This document shows, one piece after another, positions 12,989 to 25,477 of a stretch of 64,000 nucleotides of DNA. How positions within the stretch are numbered: position 1 is the first letter of the stretch; every line of letters starts with the position of its first letter. The position numbers were made by a program, and so were the translations under genes. Source of the stretch: Diadema antillarum. Taxonomy: Eukaryota. The notes beneath the pieces were generated by a model. That model was not told the origin of the DNA, made no database searches, and was given only the letters and a program-made list of their open reading frames with translations. Where the stretch lies: assembly GCF_040938485.1 (NCBI RefSeq), contig NW_027271445.1, forward strand, positions 3,844,001-3,908,000, read 5' to 3'.

Positions 12989-14399
12989 AACACATCAGCA
13001 TGAAAAAGCAAAAAGCGTTGTTTTTAACCTAAAATATGGATGCCCAAGGCAAAACGAAATTTACTCGGTGTACATGTATTTGCCGTTTATCCCACCTAAT
13101 ATGGACAATTTTGTCAACGACACCGGCGTTACTGTTCCCATGAGATTGCGCAAGTATTCTACTTTTTTAGAAATATGGTTCACTACGTTTTAGAAATATA
13201 CATACTATGGATACGATAATGTAGTTTCCTATTCGAGTTCATTATTTTTTTTCTTACATCCCCTAAAAGAAAATATTTCACAATATAATATTCTATAGAT
13301 TTTTAACCTGTAACATTTCGAACTTTTTTTTTTCATAACGCAGAGCCAATAGGACGGCTGCAGTATTTCATTTAATCATGCGAATGTACTTTCCTTCGTC
13401 ATACAATTTTATATCTATCAAATGGCTTAATGTGACGCCTTATAAACCAGGTCCTGTTGTAAATGTGTGAGGATACATCCTTTTCTTCTCAATGCCGCTT
13501 TCACTTTATTATGTACCTTTCGAATATAGAGAATGCAGATGAAAAATTTTGTTTTTTCGTGAAATGATAGGGGAAAACGTTCTGCAAGCTAGGTCCGTAG
13601 GTCTCTTCCGTTGTTCGCTGGTAAATTTCCTGTTGTGCAGCAGTGATGGAGTCAGCTATAGCTGACAACGAAACCTAATGGTACATTGTTAAACTGGCAA
13701 GACACTCTACGCTTGTAAGCACAACGCGGAACTACAGTAGCGAAGTTGGATTTATGCTTATACTGTACTGTTATATGTAAAACGCGGATGCTTAACTTTG
13801 GATTGTTGGGAATTTTGGGCAAAGTTTGACGAAGAATTTTGTATCTGGTGTGAGCCGATGAGTGCTTGCTCTGCTTTGCGTATATATTCCACTTCACACC
13901 ACATCAAGCTAAGTGAACGTAGAATGGAGAAATTAGCTGTTGACCTATATATATTACTAAAGGACCTATCACATTCATCGTGATAATTAAGTGATGAGAC
14001 GCCTAACGTCAGTGTACGTACATTCGACGTGTGTCTGCACGAGGGAAAGTGGGGCCAATTCTGTCTGTCCTCCAGTCAACGATGTGCGCACAGCGTGGAC
14101 TTTTACAGGAGATGACATTGGAATCAATGATTTAGGTGATATTTTAAGAAACTGTGATTATGTGTGAAGCTTGTTGGTGACTAATGAAAACTCGCAGCAC
14201 ACGGTGTAATCACACTGTCTTTTCCTCTGGTGGTTTTCTTCAGACTCGTGAAACTTGAGGTTTGTCTCTGAGTTGACCTTCCGACTATAGTCATGGTCTT
14301 AAGTACTTGACCGTTCAGTAATTCGCCGAGGAAAAACACTTTTATATTCATCAATCTAGTTCTTTCTCGTCACGGAAAGGGGATTACAAAGAAGACAGG

Positions 14400-14712
14400 A
14401 TGTCTCAAGACAACAGCAAAGTTCGGAAGAACCTAAAAGTAAAAAAACGATTTAGCTTATTCAAGAAACCTATCGCCATAGAAGTCGATGCATCTCCCCC
14501 AAGTCCGAGAAAACTTGAAAAGACGTCCTCCTCACGAAGACGCCACAACACTTTAGACGGTGTCGGAAAACTTCAACCCGACGTACCCCCAGTACCGGAA
14601 AGTCCCCGTCGATTTACCCATGAAGGCACAAGTCCTCGTAAGGAGTCAGAACAAGGAAAACTATCGTTCTCTTTTGATGATGGCGACATTGTAAAAGTAG
14701 CTGTAGAATCAG
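14400..14712 (+). CDS. Candidate variable first coding exon D (MSQDNSK..., 104 codons + 1 nt)
   Basis: ORF 14400-14750. Donor TCA G|GTAAAA at 14713, phase 1. Shares a THEG..SP...SFSFD motif with class C exons. Confidence 0.55.
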
Positions 14713-17700
14713 GTAAAAGTGATAAAAATGCCCGATATATTCATCTTTAACCTATTCAGTAGATTTTCTTATTCTTTGTCTTCATCCTTATTCTTCTACT
14801 TCTAGTTCATTTTTTTTTGTGGGTCCCACACTTTATTAGAATCGCTCTTTTATGGATATCTCAGCCATTTCAAAACCAATTTTTATCAAATAAACATTGA
14901 ATTTCTCATAGAATTGCATGCTCTTTCATATTTCGAATGAGATTTCTTATCATCTCACCTAAAAATGTTAGAAACCTGAAATTAGGTCTCAACTAAAACT
15001 GTACACTCCCTTTAAAACACATCAGCATGAAAAAGCAAAAAGCGTTGTTTTTAACCTAAAATATGGATGCCCAAGGCAAAACGAAATTTACTCGGTGTAC
15101 ATGTATTTGCCGTTTATCCCACCTAATATGGACAATTTTGTCAACGACACCGGCGTTACTGTTCCCATGAGATTGCGCAAGTATTCTACTTTTTTAGAAA
15201 TATGGTTCACTACGTTTTAGAAATATACATACTATGGATACGATAATGTAGTTTCCTATTCGAGTTCATTATTTTTTTTCTTACATCCCCTAAAAGAAAA
15301 TATTTCACAATATAATATTCTATAGATTTTTAACCTGTAACATTTCGAACTTTTTTTTTCATAACGCAGAGCCAATAGGACGGCTGCAGTATTTCATTTA
15401 ATCATGCGAATGTACTTTCCTTCGTCATACAATTTTATATCTATCAAATGGCTTAATGTGACGCCTTATAAATCAGGTCCTGTTGTAAATGTGTGAGGAT
15501 ACATCCTCTTCTTCTCAATGCCGCTTTCACTTTATTATGTACCTTTCGAATATAGAGAATGCAGATGAAAAAATTTGTTTTTTCGTGAAATGATAGGGGA
15601 AAACGTTCTGCAAGCTAGGTCCGTAGGTCTCTTCCGTTGTTCGCTGGTAAATTTCCTGTTGTGCAGCAATGATGGAGTCAGCTATAGCTGACAACGAAAC
15701 CTAATGGTACATTGTTAAACTGGCAAGACACTCTACGCTTGTAAGCACAACGCGGAACTACAGTAGCGAAGTTGGATTTATGCTTATACTGTTATATGTA
15801 AACGCGGATGCTTAACTTTGGATTGTTGGGAATTTTGGGCAAAGTTTGACGAAGAATTTTGTATCTGGTGTGAGCCGATGAGTGCCTCTGCTTTGCGTAT
15901 ATATTCCACTTCACGCCACATCAAGCTAAGTGAACGTAGAATGGAGAAATTAGCTGTTGTCCTATATTACTAATAGTGGAGCGGCATAGCCGAAAAATTG
16001 TGCATTTTGTGATAAAAGCACCAAATTTCGTACACAGGTTGACAATCACGTTCAGATCAAATTTAGATATTGGGCCATCGTAAATAGCGCCCTCAACGTC
16101 CGCGGCAGCCATTTTATAAAATGGCTGCCATAAATGCCATGTTTTCGTAAAATTTACTAATTTTAGGAGAGAAAAGTCAATAAAATTTTTGTTACAAATG
16201 GGAAATTACATTCAAAATAAATCTAGATATCGGGCCGTCGGAAATAGCGCCCTCAACGGCAATAGCAGCCATTTTTCAAAATGGCCGCCATAAATGTCAT
16301 TTCTTCAAAATATTTGCTAACTTCAGAAGGGAAAGCCAGTAAGATTTTGCAAACAAGTGGGAAATTACATTCAAAATTAATCTATTTGGTCATTGTGAAT
16401 TGCGCCCTCAACGTCCATGACAGCCATTTTTCAAAATGGCTGTCTAATGTCTATGGGAAAAGTTAATAAAATTTTTCCCATAAATGTTAATTTCATTCAA
16501 AATGAATCTAGATATTTGGCCATCGGAAATTGCGCCCTCAACGGCCATGGTAGCCTTTTTTTTCAAAATGGCTGCCGCAAATGCCATTTTTTGTTAAAAA
16601 ATGCAAATTTTAGAAGGGAAAGCCAATGGACTTTTTTTTTTTGTAAACAAACTGGAAATTACATCCAAAATAAATCCAGATATTGGGCAATTGAAAATTG
16701 CGCTCTCAATGGCTATGGCAGCCATTTTTTTCCAAATGGGCACCATAAGTGCCATTTTTTCAATTAAAAAACGCTAATTTCAAAAGAAAAGTCAATGAAA
16801 TTTTGGTTATAATAGTTAGGGCATTTTAGAAAATTTCTGGACCATCTGTGAAAAAATTGCTTACCAATAGCTTTCTTCACCAGTGTGTTCATAAAGGTGT
16901 CTACTAACACCTCTCAATTAGTTCCAACCCAAATCCTTGTGGAAAATTCTGGGGAGCCAATCAAAGTTGAGCATCCGGAGGGGGGCGGGGCTAAAATTGA
17001 AAAATATATATTTTTCCCAATATAGGCGTGTGAGATGTCTAACTAGGGGTTTCTGGGGGTGCTGAATCGATTCCAACCATTAGTTTTGAGTAAAAACTAC
17101 TATTTGACAGTAAAATAGACCACGCCTCCTTTTTGCCCCCGCCGAAATACGTAAATATTGGTATTTTTATACATATCTCATTGGGTTGATATAGTGGCTT
17201 TTTAGGGCGAACTGAAAACATTTATGTGCGATGGGAAGCAGTCGTTCCCATTTCTCTTACATCCATTATACTAAATATACCAACATCCGTGTGGAAAAAA
17301 ATGGGGGGGGGGAAGGATAAACCATAGGCAACAAAGGGGGGGGGTCGAGCAATGGGAAAATTTTTTTTTTTCAGTATTAACATCTGAGATGCCTAATTAG
17401 CGTTTCTCGGGGTGCTGAATGGATTCTGAACATTAGTTTTGAGTAAAAACTACTACCTGATCATTAAAATAGGCCACGCCTACTTTTTGCACCCGCCAAA
17501 TCATGTATTATTGGTATTTTGTACGTATCTCAACGAGTTTAAAATTATAGTGAGTTCCTTAGAATGCTGAATTGAGGTCTATCATTGAATTTGAGCTATA
17601 CCCACTCTAAAAACAGTGTGCAAAACACTGCAACATAAGTGTGCAATTGGAAGTAGTCGTTCCCACTTCTCTTACTTCCATTATGCCCCATTATAATCCA

Positions 17701-17744
17701 ACAGAAATGTATCTCAATATTAAAACCTTGGTACTTTACCCAAC

Positions 17745-19290
17745 TCCCGACATCTCCCTCACTGCTCTCATCAGCTGTTTGGTTGATATTCTGGCAAGAG
17801 TTACCACGACATTTGCCGCAAGCAGAAAAATACTTGACTCCTTGCTTTTTACAACAGCACCTAAGTGTGCTACAGTCCCCTCACAGTTGCAGCTGACAAA
17901 CTTCAGAAGATAGTCCTTTGCGATGGGGTCTGTTGAAGGGACCGGTGCGTAACCTTGGTCACTGAGCTTCCATCCGTACTCCAAGATCTCCAATGATGGA
18001 GTTTGCAACATTGGCCAATTTCTGGTTTGGAGATAAGCTCGTAGAGAATGCTGCGCTGCAGCTTCTGTTGTCAGGGGCAGTTTCTCAAGTTTGATGCTAG
18101 CAGCAGCCCGCTTGCTGAAGATGTCAAATGTCAAGTGTCCCATTGCAAGTCTTTGGGTGGTTTTCCATGGAACATGAGCTTAACTAATTCACAGCCAACT
18201 TTGATGATGTCATCTTTCTTGGCTCGGATGTCCAGAAACACATCCATGGCCCTTTCCGCCTTGTCAGTCTCGCAGAGCTTGTTTATCAAAGTTGATTTGC
18301 TGAACCCAGAAATCGCCGACCGTCTGTACAGCCAGAGAAGCTGTGCAAGAAGATCAAATACTTCCTGTAACTCTCTTGGAGGGCCTCCCTGATCTTTGCG
18401 CTATCATAATATGTTTCTTTGGCTGTTTTTATGAGGAAGATGGGGTGGTCTGCAGCATGATGAATCAGCAAAACCATGATGTCGGTGTCCTCAACCCTCA
18501 CCTCAACAGGAGAATCTTTTGCCTCATCTAGAGCTGCCCGGACTATAGCAGTGTCTGCATCATCGTGGCATTGCTGTACACTGATCCCATTTCTACTGAA
18601 TGTCTCAGCAAGCAGCAGAATGAGCTGCACTGGGCCTTGTTGCTCTAAACTGTTGTCGAGGAACTTTTCTCTTGGAACGAGGCTTTTGATGTCTGGGCGA
18701 ATCAGAATGTCGCAGCATGCATTCCTTGCTCGTCTCAGGTGACGATGGTCCTTAGTGGAGCTCCCGTATCCATCAAAGACCACAGTGATTTGGAGAAACT
18801 GGCTCCCCATGGACTCCACAAACTTTAGTTAGCTCTCGACAAATGCCCTTCCAGGTGAGGTTATCCTCCTACTTGAAGTTATGCATGCGGAGCCACCCAC
18901 CATCAATCACCAGACTCGTGCAGGGGGTTTGTTTAACGGGTTCCACAAATGCCTTCAGAAATCTTGCTGGGGCAGCCTTGTCTGGCTTTCGCAACTTCTG
19001 GTCTTTGTCAAATAGAGACACTGGTGTTGGCGTCAACTCAAATCACAGAGCTTCTTTCGTCTTGAATTCACGCTCACTGATGATGATTAGACTGTTGAAG
19101 AGCTTGAGTGAGTCAATAACCAGCTTCTTTCAATTGACTTTGGGTCCACTTCTGAGGCTCTCTAATGACTTCACCTTGTGCTAAGTTTCCATTGAATCAA
19201 GAACCGTTCGTCCATTCATCTTGGCCTGCATGGCTCTGCCAACCTCCTCTGCCTGATCAGCGTTGACTGGGTCCTCTGGAGTGCTGCTGA
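17745..19290 (-). pseudogene. Academ polyprotein C-terminal remnant (XPG/FEN1-like nuclease + Cys8 finger), left arm
   Basis: VNADQAEEVG...FELTPTPVSLF...IDGGW...ITVVFDGY...DDADTAIV...EDTDI...FSGC, with multiple stops and frameshifts. Confidence 0.8.
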
Positions 19291-19297
19291 AGTGCTA

Positions 19298-20563
19298 CCA
19301 AGATGAATGGACGAACTGGTTCTGGATTTGAGTTGACGCCAACACCAGTGTCTCTATTTAACAAAGACCAGAAGTTGCGAAAGCCAGACAAGGCTGCCCT
19401 AGCAAGATTTCTGAAGGCATTTGTGGAACCCATTGAATAAACCCCCTGCACGAGTCTGGTGATTGATGGCGGGTGGCTCTTGCACAACGTCAAATGGGAG
19501 GCTAACCTCACCTGGACGGGCATTGCCAAGAGCTACCTCCAGTTTGTGAAGTCCATGGGGAGCCAGTTTCTCCAAATCACTGTGGTCTTTGATGGATACG
19601 GCAGCTCCACTGAGGACCATGATCACCTGAGACGAACAAAGAATGCATGCTGCGACATTTTGATTCGCCCAGACATCAAAAGCCTCGTTCCAAGAGAAAA
19701 GTTCCACGACAACAAGAGCAACAAGGCCCAGCTCACTCTGCTGCTTGCTGAGACATTTAGTAGAAATGGGATCAGTGTACAACAGTGTCACAATGATGCA
19801 GACACTGCTATAGTTCGGGCAGCTCTAGATGATGAGGCAAAATATTCTCCTGTTGAGGTGAGGGTTGAGGACACCGACATCATGGTTTTGCTGATTCATC
19901 ATGCTGCAAACCATCCCATCTTCCTCACAACAGCCAAAGAAACATCTTATGATATCGCAAAGATCAGGGAGGCCCTCCCAGAGAGATACCAAAAGTATCT
20001 GATCTTCTTGCACAGCTACTCTGGCTGCGATACAGTGTCAGCGATTTCTGGGTTCAGCAAATCAACTTTGATAAACAAGCTCTGCGAGACTGACAAGGCG
20101 GAAAGGGCCGTGGATGTGTTTCTGGACATCATGTTCCATGGAAACCACCCAAAGACTTGGGAGACTTGACATTTGACATCTTCAGCAAGTGGGCTGCTCC
20201 TGGGAGCATCAAAACTGAGAAACTGCCCCTGACAACAGAAGCTGCAACGCAGCATTCTCTACGAGCTTATCTCCAAACCAGAGATTGGCCAATGTTGCAA
20301 ACTCCATCATTGGATGTGTTGGAATACGGATGGAAGCTCGGTGACCAAGATTACGCACCGGTCCCTTCAACAGACCCCATCGCAAAGGACTATCTTCTGA
20401 AGTTTGTCAGGTGCAACTGTGAGGGGACTGCAGCACACTTAGGTGCTGTTGTAAAAAGCAAGGAGTCCAGTATTTTTCTGCTTGCGGCACATGTCATGGT
20501 AACTCTTGCCTGAATATCAACCAAACAGCTGATGAGAGCAGTGAGGGAGATGTCGGGGAGTAG
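19298..20563 (+). pseudogene. Academ polyprotein C-terminal remnant (XPG/FEN1-like nuclease + Cys8 finger), right arm
   Basis: IDGGWLL, VVFDGY, DADTAIV, EDTDI and SGCDTVSAISGFSK (H3TH). After a -1 shift it reads CNCEG/DCSTLRCCCKKQG...SACGTCHGNSCLN. Confidence 0.82.
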
Positions 20564-23500
20564 GGTGAAAAGTAGCATGGTTTTAATATTGAGATACATT
20601 TCTGTTGGATTATAATGGGGCATAATGGAAGTAAGAGAAGTGGGAACGACTACTTCCAATTGCACACTTATGTTGCAGTGTTTTGCACCTTGTTTTTAGA
20701 GTGGGTATAGCTCAAATTCAATGATAGACCTCAATTCAGCATTCTAAAGAACTCACTATAATTACAAACTCATTGAGATACATAAAAAATACCAATAATA
20801 CATTATTCGGCGGGTGCAAGAAGTAGGCATGGCCTATTTTAATGGTCAGGTAGTAGTTTTTACTCAAAACTAATGTTTCGAATCCATTCAGCACCTCCAG
20901 AAACCCATAATTAGACATCTCACTTACTATTAAACAATGAAAAAAATATTTTCCCATTGTTTGACCCCCCCCCCCCCCTTTGTTGCCCAGGTTAAACTGT
21001 CCCCCCCCCCCTGTTTTTTTCCACACGGATGTTGGTTCGAACTCATTGAGAATCAAACATTTAATAAGTAATTACAGCAGAAATAGGATTATATTTGGTG
21101 TAATGGATATAAGAGAAATGGGAACGACTACTTCCCATCGCACATAAATGTTTTCAGTGCACCCTAAAAACCCACTATATCAACCCAATGAGATATGTAT
21201 AAAAATACCAATATTTACGTATTTCGGCGGGGGTAAAAAGGAGGCGTGGCCTATTTTACTGTCAAATAGTAGTTTTTACTCAAAACTAAAGGTTGTAATC
21301 GATTCAGCACCCCCAGAAACCCCTAGTTAGACATCTCACACGCCTATTTTGGGAAAAATATATATGTTTCAATTTTTGCCCCGCCCCCCTCCGGATGCCC
21401 AACTTTGATTGGCTCCCCAGAATTTTCCACAAGGATTTGGGTTGGAACTAATTGAGAGGTGTTAGTAGACACCTTTATGAACACACTGGTGAAGAAAGCT
21501 ATTGGTAAGCAATTTTTTCACAGATGGTCCAGAAATTTTCTAAAATGCCCTAACTATAAATGGGAAATGAGATTTAAAATAAATATCGATATTGGGCCAT
21601 CGGAAATTGTGCCCTCAACGGTCATGACAGCCATTTTTCAAAATGGCCGCCATAAATGCTATATTTTCGAAAAGATTTACTAAAATCAGAAGGGAAAGCC
21701 AACGAGATTTTGCAAACAGGTGGGAAAGTACATTCAAAAGTAAACTTATTGGGCCATTGCAAATTGCCCCCTCAATGGCCATTCCAGCCATTTTTCAAAA
21801 TGGCCACCATGAATGTCTTTTTTTTCCCACAAAGGTGGAAAATTACATTCAAACTGAATTTGATAAAAGGCCATCCAAAGGTGCACCCTCAACAGCCATA
21901 GCAGCCAAGTTTTAAAACAGCTGCCATGGATGCCCCCCTTGTTTTGCTTTGTTTTTTGCAAAAATTTGCTGATGTCAGAAGGAAAAGTCAATAAGACTTT
22001 GCAAACAAGTTGAAAATTGTGCTCAAGAAATAAATTTAAGTGTAAAGTCTTCTTAGAAGGCGCCCTCAAGGGCCATGCTGAGCGCTATGGATGTCTGCTT
22101 CTTTCTTTTTTCTGTTCTTTTCTGGAAAGATTTGCCAATTTCATGGAGAAAACCAATGAAATTTGTACATACCTTTATGTTTAAAATCATATTCACAAGA
22201 AAATAATATATGAGTTCATTACACCGTCCATGGCAGCCATTTTCCAAATGGCCACTATAGATGCTATTTATTTCTTGAAAATATGATAATGCCACAAGAA
22301 GACAATATGATTTCTTGTGCAAATTGACAAAAGACATTCAAATAAATTCAAGTTTGAATTTGAATTTAAATTTGAAATGAAGATATTGAGCCACCATTTA
22401 AACATCGTCCTAACGACTATGGCAGCTCCTTGGCAAAATGGCTTCCACACACTCCTTATTCTTATTTGCTTATTCCAGAAGGAGAAAGCAATAGAATACT
22501 GCTAAACAGCCATTATATCTAATGCAATCTGGTGTTCAAAGAAATCTAAATGTTAAAAAAGGTTTCATTGATGGGTTAGTTCTAAATTCATGTTTTCAGT
22601 TTAGTCCTAATTGCAGTATTTCGTGTGTGACGGCTAACAGTATGGATATCAAAGGTATGTGTTTTATGGAAACATAGCAAATAGATTAACTTTTATCGTA
22701 AATGAAAGGCCATTTTTTCGTATCTGTTTTAAGAATATTTAGGAAGTTACATTTTAGAATAGATACACGTCATATATCCCATATATTCAATGATATGGTG
22801 TTACTGTCAAAGTTAACACATGGCGCCATTATCCCTGGATATTCATATTACTCTTTTTCGGAAATCTTTTATGTTTGCCACCTAAAATATGCATTCATCA
22901 TTGGTGAGATATATGCTAAGCATTTGCCTTGTTTATTTCAAATGTTCCTCAAATGATTTCCGTAGCATCATATTTCAGATTATATAATGTCTCTGTGAGT
23001 ATTCTACTGTCCTCTCCTTCTGAAGTTAAAGCAAATTTTCAAGACAAAAAAAGAAGAAGAGTGTATTGTAGCAATTTTGACAAATAGCTGAAATAGCCAT
23101 TGAGAACAAAGTTTATGATGGCCCAATGTCTAAACTTCTTTATATGTATTGTCAACTTGCGCCCAAAAAAAAAAAAAAAATGTTTACTGTCTTCTTCCGG
23201 CATTAGGACATCTTCATTAAAGAAAAATGGCATCTATGACAGCCATTTTGGAAAATGGCTGCAATTACCGTTATAAGCATTTTTTTTTCTTGAAAATTTG
23301 CGAAGGAACCATTTCTAGAGTTAATGCAATCTAGATATATTGTTTGATTTTAAACGTGATTTTCAATTTATGTACACATTTGTTGACTTTTCTTTCTGAA
23401 ATTACAATTTTTTAAAACAAAATGATTATGACAATGGCAGCAATTTTGGTATATGGCGGCCATGGCCGTTGAGGGTAGTATTATAATAATCTATTACAAA

Positions 23501-25158
23501 TATTATTTCACACATAATTTTCAAATTGTGCGCAAAATCTTATTGACTTTTCCTTTTGTGAAATCAGGAAATAAAAGAAAATGGAATCCATGGTGGCCAT
23601 TTTGAAAATGGCTGCAATGGCCATTGAGGGCGCTATTTACAATAATGTAATACATAGGCGCAAGATATATTGCAAACGAAATTTTTAAATTGAGTGCAAG
23701 ATCTCACTGTCTTTTCCTTCTGGAATTAGTAAATTCAGAGAAAAAGGTGGTATTTATGGCAGCCAATTTTAAACATGGTTGCCATTGGCGCTGAGGGCGC
23801 AATTTGAGATGACCCAACATCTAAATATATTTTGAATTTTATTTTCAACTTGTTTACAAAATCTTGATTTTCCCTTCTGAAATTTTTACTTTTTTGGGAA
23901 AAATTGCGTTTATGGCGACCATTTATGAAAAAAATGGCTGCCATGACCGTTAGGGGGCGCAATTTGCGATGGCCCAATATCTGAATTTATTTCAAATGTT
24001 ATATCCCACTCGTTTGCAATATCTTATTGATTTTCCCTTCTGAAATGTGTAAAATTTATGAAAACTGGCATTTATGGCGGCCTTTTTGAAAAATCCCTGC
24101 CATAGCCGTTGAGGGCGCAATTTGCGATGGCCCAATATCTGAACTTTTTTTATTGCTATGTCCGACACGTTTCAAAATCTTATTGATTTTCCCTTCGGAA
24201 ATTTGTAAATTTTTACTAAAAAATGGCATTTAAGGCGGCCATTTTGAAAAATGGCTGCTATGGCCATTGAGGGCGCTATTTTCGATGGCCCAATATCTTA
24301 ATTTATCTTAAATGTTATTTTCCACTTGTTTGCAAAATCTCACTGATTTTCCCTTCCGAACTTTGTAATCTTTTGCGAAAAATGGCATTAATGGCGGCCA
24401 TTTTGAAAAATGGCTGCCATTACCGTTGAGGGCGTAATTTACGGTGGCCCAATATCTAAATTTATTTTGAATGTTATTTTCCACCCGTTTGCAAAATCTT
24501 ATTGATTTTCCCTTCTGAAATTTGTAAATTTTTACGAAAATGGCATTTATGGCGGCCATTTTGAAAAATGGCTGCCATGGCCGTTGAGGGCGCTATTTTC
24601 GATGGCCCAATATCTGAATTTATTTCTAATGTAATTGTCAACATGTGTGCGAAATTTGGTGCTTTTATCATAAAATGCACAATTCCTCTCATTTTTCAAG
24701 CTATGCCGCTCTACTATAAAGGGCCTATCACGTTCATTGTGATAATTAATTGCTGTGACACCCAACGTCAGTGTACGCACGTTCGACGTGTGTCTGCATG
24801 AGGGAAAGTGTGGCCAATTTTGTCTGTCCTCCAGTCAACGATGTGCGCACAGCGTGGACTATTACAGGAAATGACATTGGAATCAATGATTTAGGTGATA
24901 TTTTAAGAAACTGTGAGTATGTGATAAGCTTGTTGGTGACTACTGAAAACTCGCAGCACACGGTGTGATCACACTGTCTTTTCCTCTGGTGGTTTTCTTC
25001 AGACTCGTGAAACTTGAGGTTTGTCTCTGAGTTGACCTTCCAACTATGGTCATGGTCTTAAGTACTTGACCGTTCAGTAATTCGCCGAGGAAAAACACTT
25101 TTATATTCATCAATCTAGTTCTTTCTCTTCACGGAAAGGGGATTACAAAGAAGACAGG

Positions 25159-25477
25159 ATGTCTCAAGACAACAGCAAAGTTCGGAAGAACCCAAAAGTA
25201 AAAAGACTTTTTAGCTTACCGGTATTCAAGAAACCTATCCCCATAGAAGTCGATGTATCTCCCCCTAGTCCGAGAAAACTTGAAAAGACGTCCTCCTCAC
25301 GAAGACGCCACAACACTTTAGACGGTGTCAGAAAACTTCAACCCGACGTACCCCCAGTACCAGAAAGTCCCCGTCGATTTACCCATGAAGGCACAAGTCC
25401 TCGTAAGGAGTCAGAACAAGGAAACCCAACGTTCTCTTTTGATGATGGCGACATTGTAAAAGTAGCTGTAGAATCAG
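25159..25477 (+). CDS. Candidate variable first coding exon D' (recent duplicate of D, 106 codons + 1 nt)
   Basis: ORF 25159-25515. In-frame 6-bp insertion relative to D. Same phase-1 donor at 25478. Confidence 0.55.

Larger units (their letters stand above)
16813..21556. mobile_element. Fold-back (palindromic) AcademX-derived element, 4744 bp, made of two inverted copies of the 3' half
   Basis: Termini TAGTTAGGGCATTTTAG ... CTAAAATGCCCTAACTA. TSD is TAA (16810-16812 and 21557-21559). Arms are 16813-~19224 and 19298-21556, and both carry XPG/PIN nuclease and Cys8 finger remnants. Confidence 0.85.
15974..24716. mobile_element. Non-autonomous Academ-type DNA transposon (~4.0 kb net) with long repeat-built TIRs
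   Basis: Termini TAGTGGAGCGGCATAGC ... GCTATGCCGCTCTACTA. TSD is TAA (15971-15973 and 24717-24719). The empty site with a single TAA is at 13958-13960 in unit 1. Subterminal ~120-bp repeats run in opposite orientation at the two ends. Confidence 0.85.

Noticed and set aside
18286-20169. Host FEN1/XPG/EXO1-type repair nuclease gene
   Set aside because: Intronless, broken, present as an inverted pair inside TAG...CTA termini with a TSD, and followed by a Cys8 finger. This fits an Academ transposon protein.
23220-24660. CRISPR-like array of palindromic repeats
   Set aside because: Eukaryotic context, the whole ~120-bp unit is repeated with no unique spacers, and there are no cas genes.
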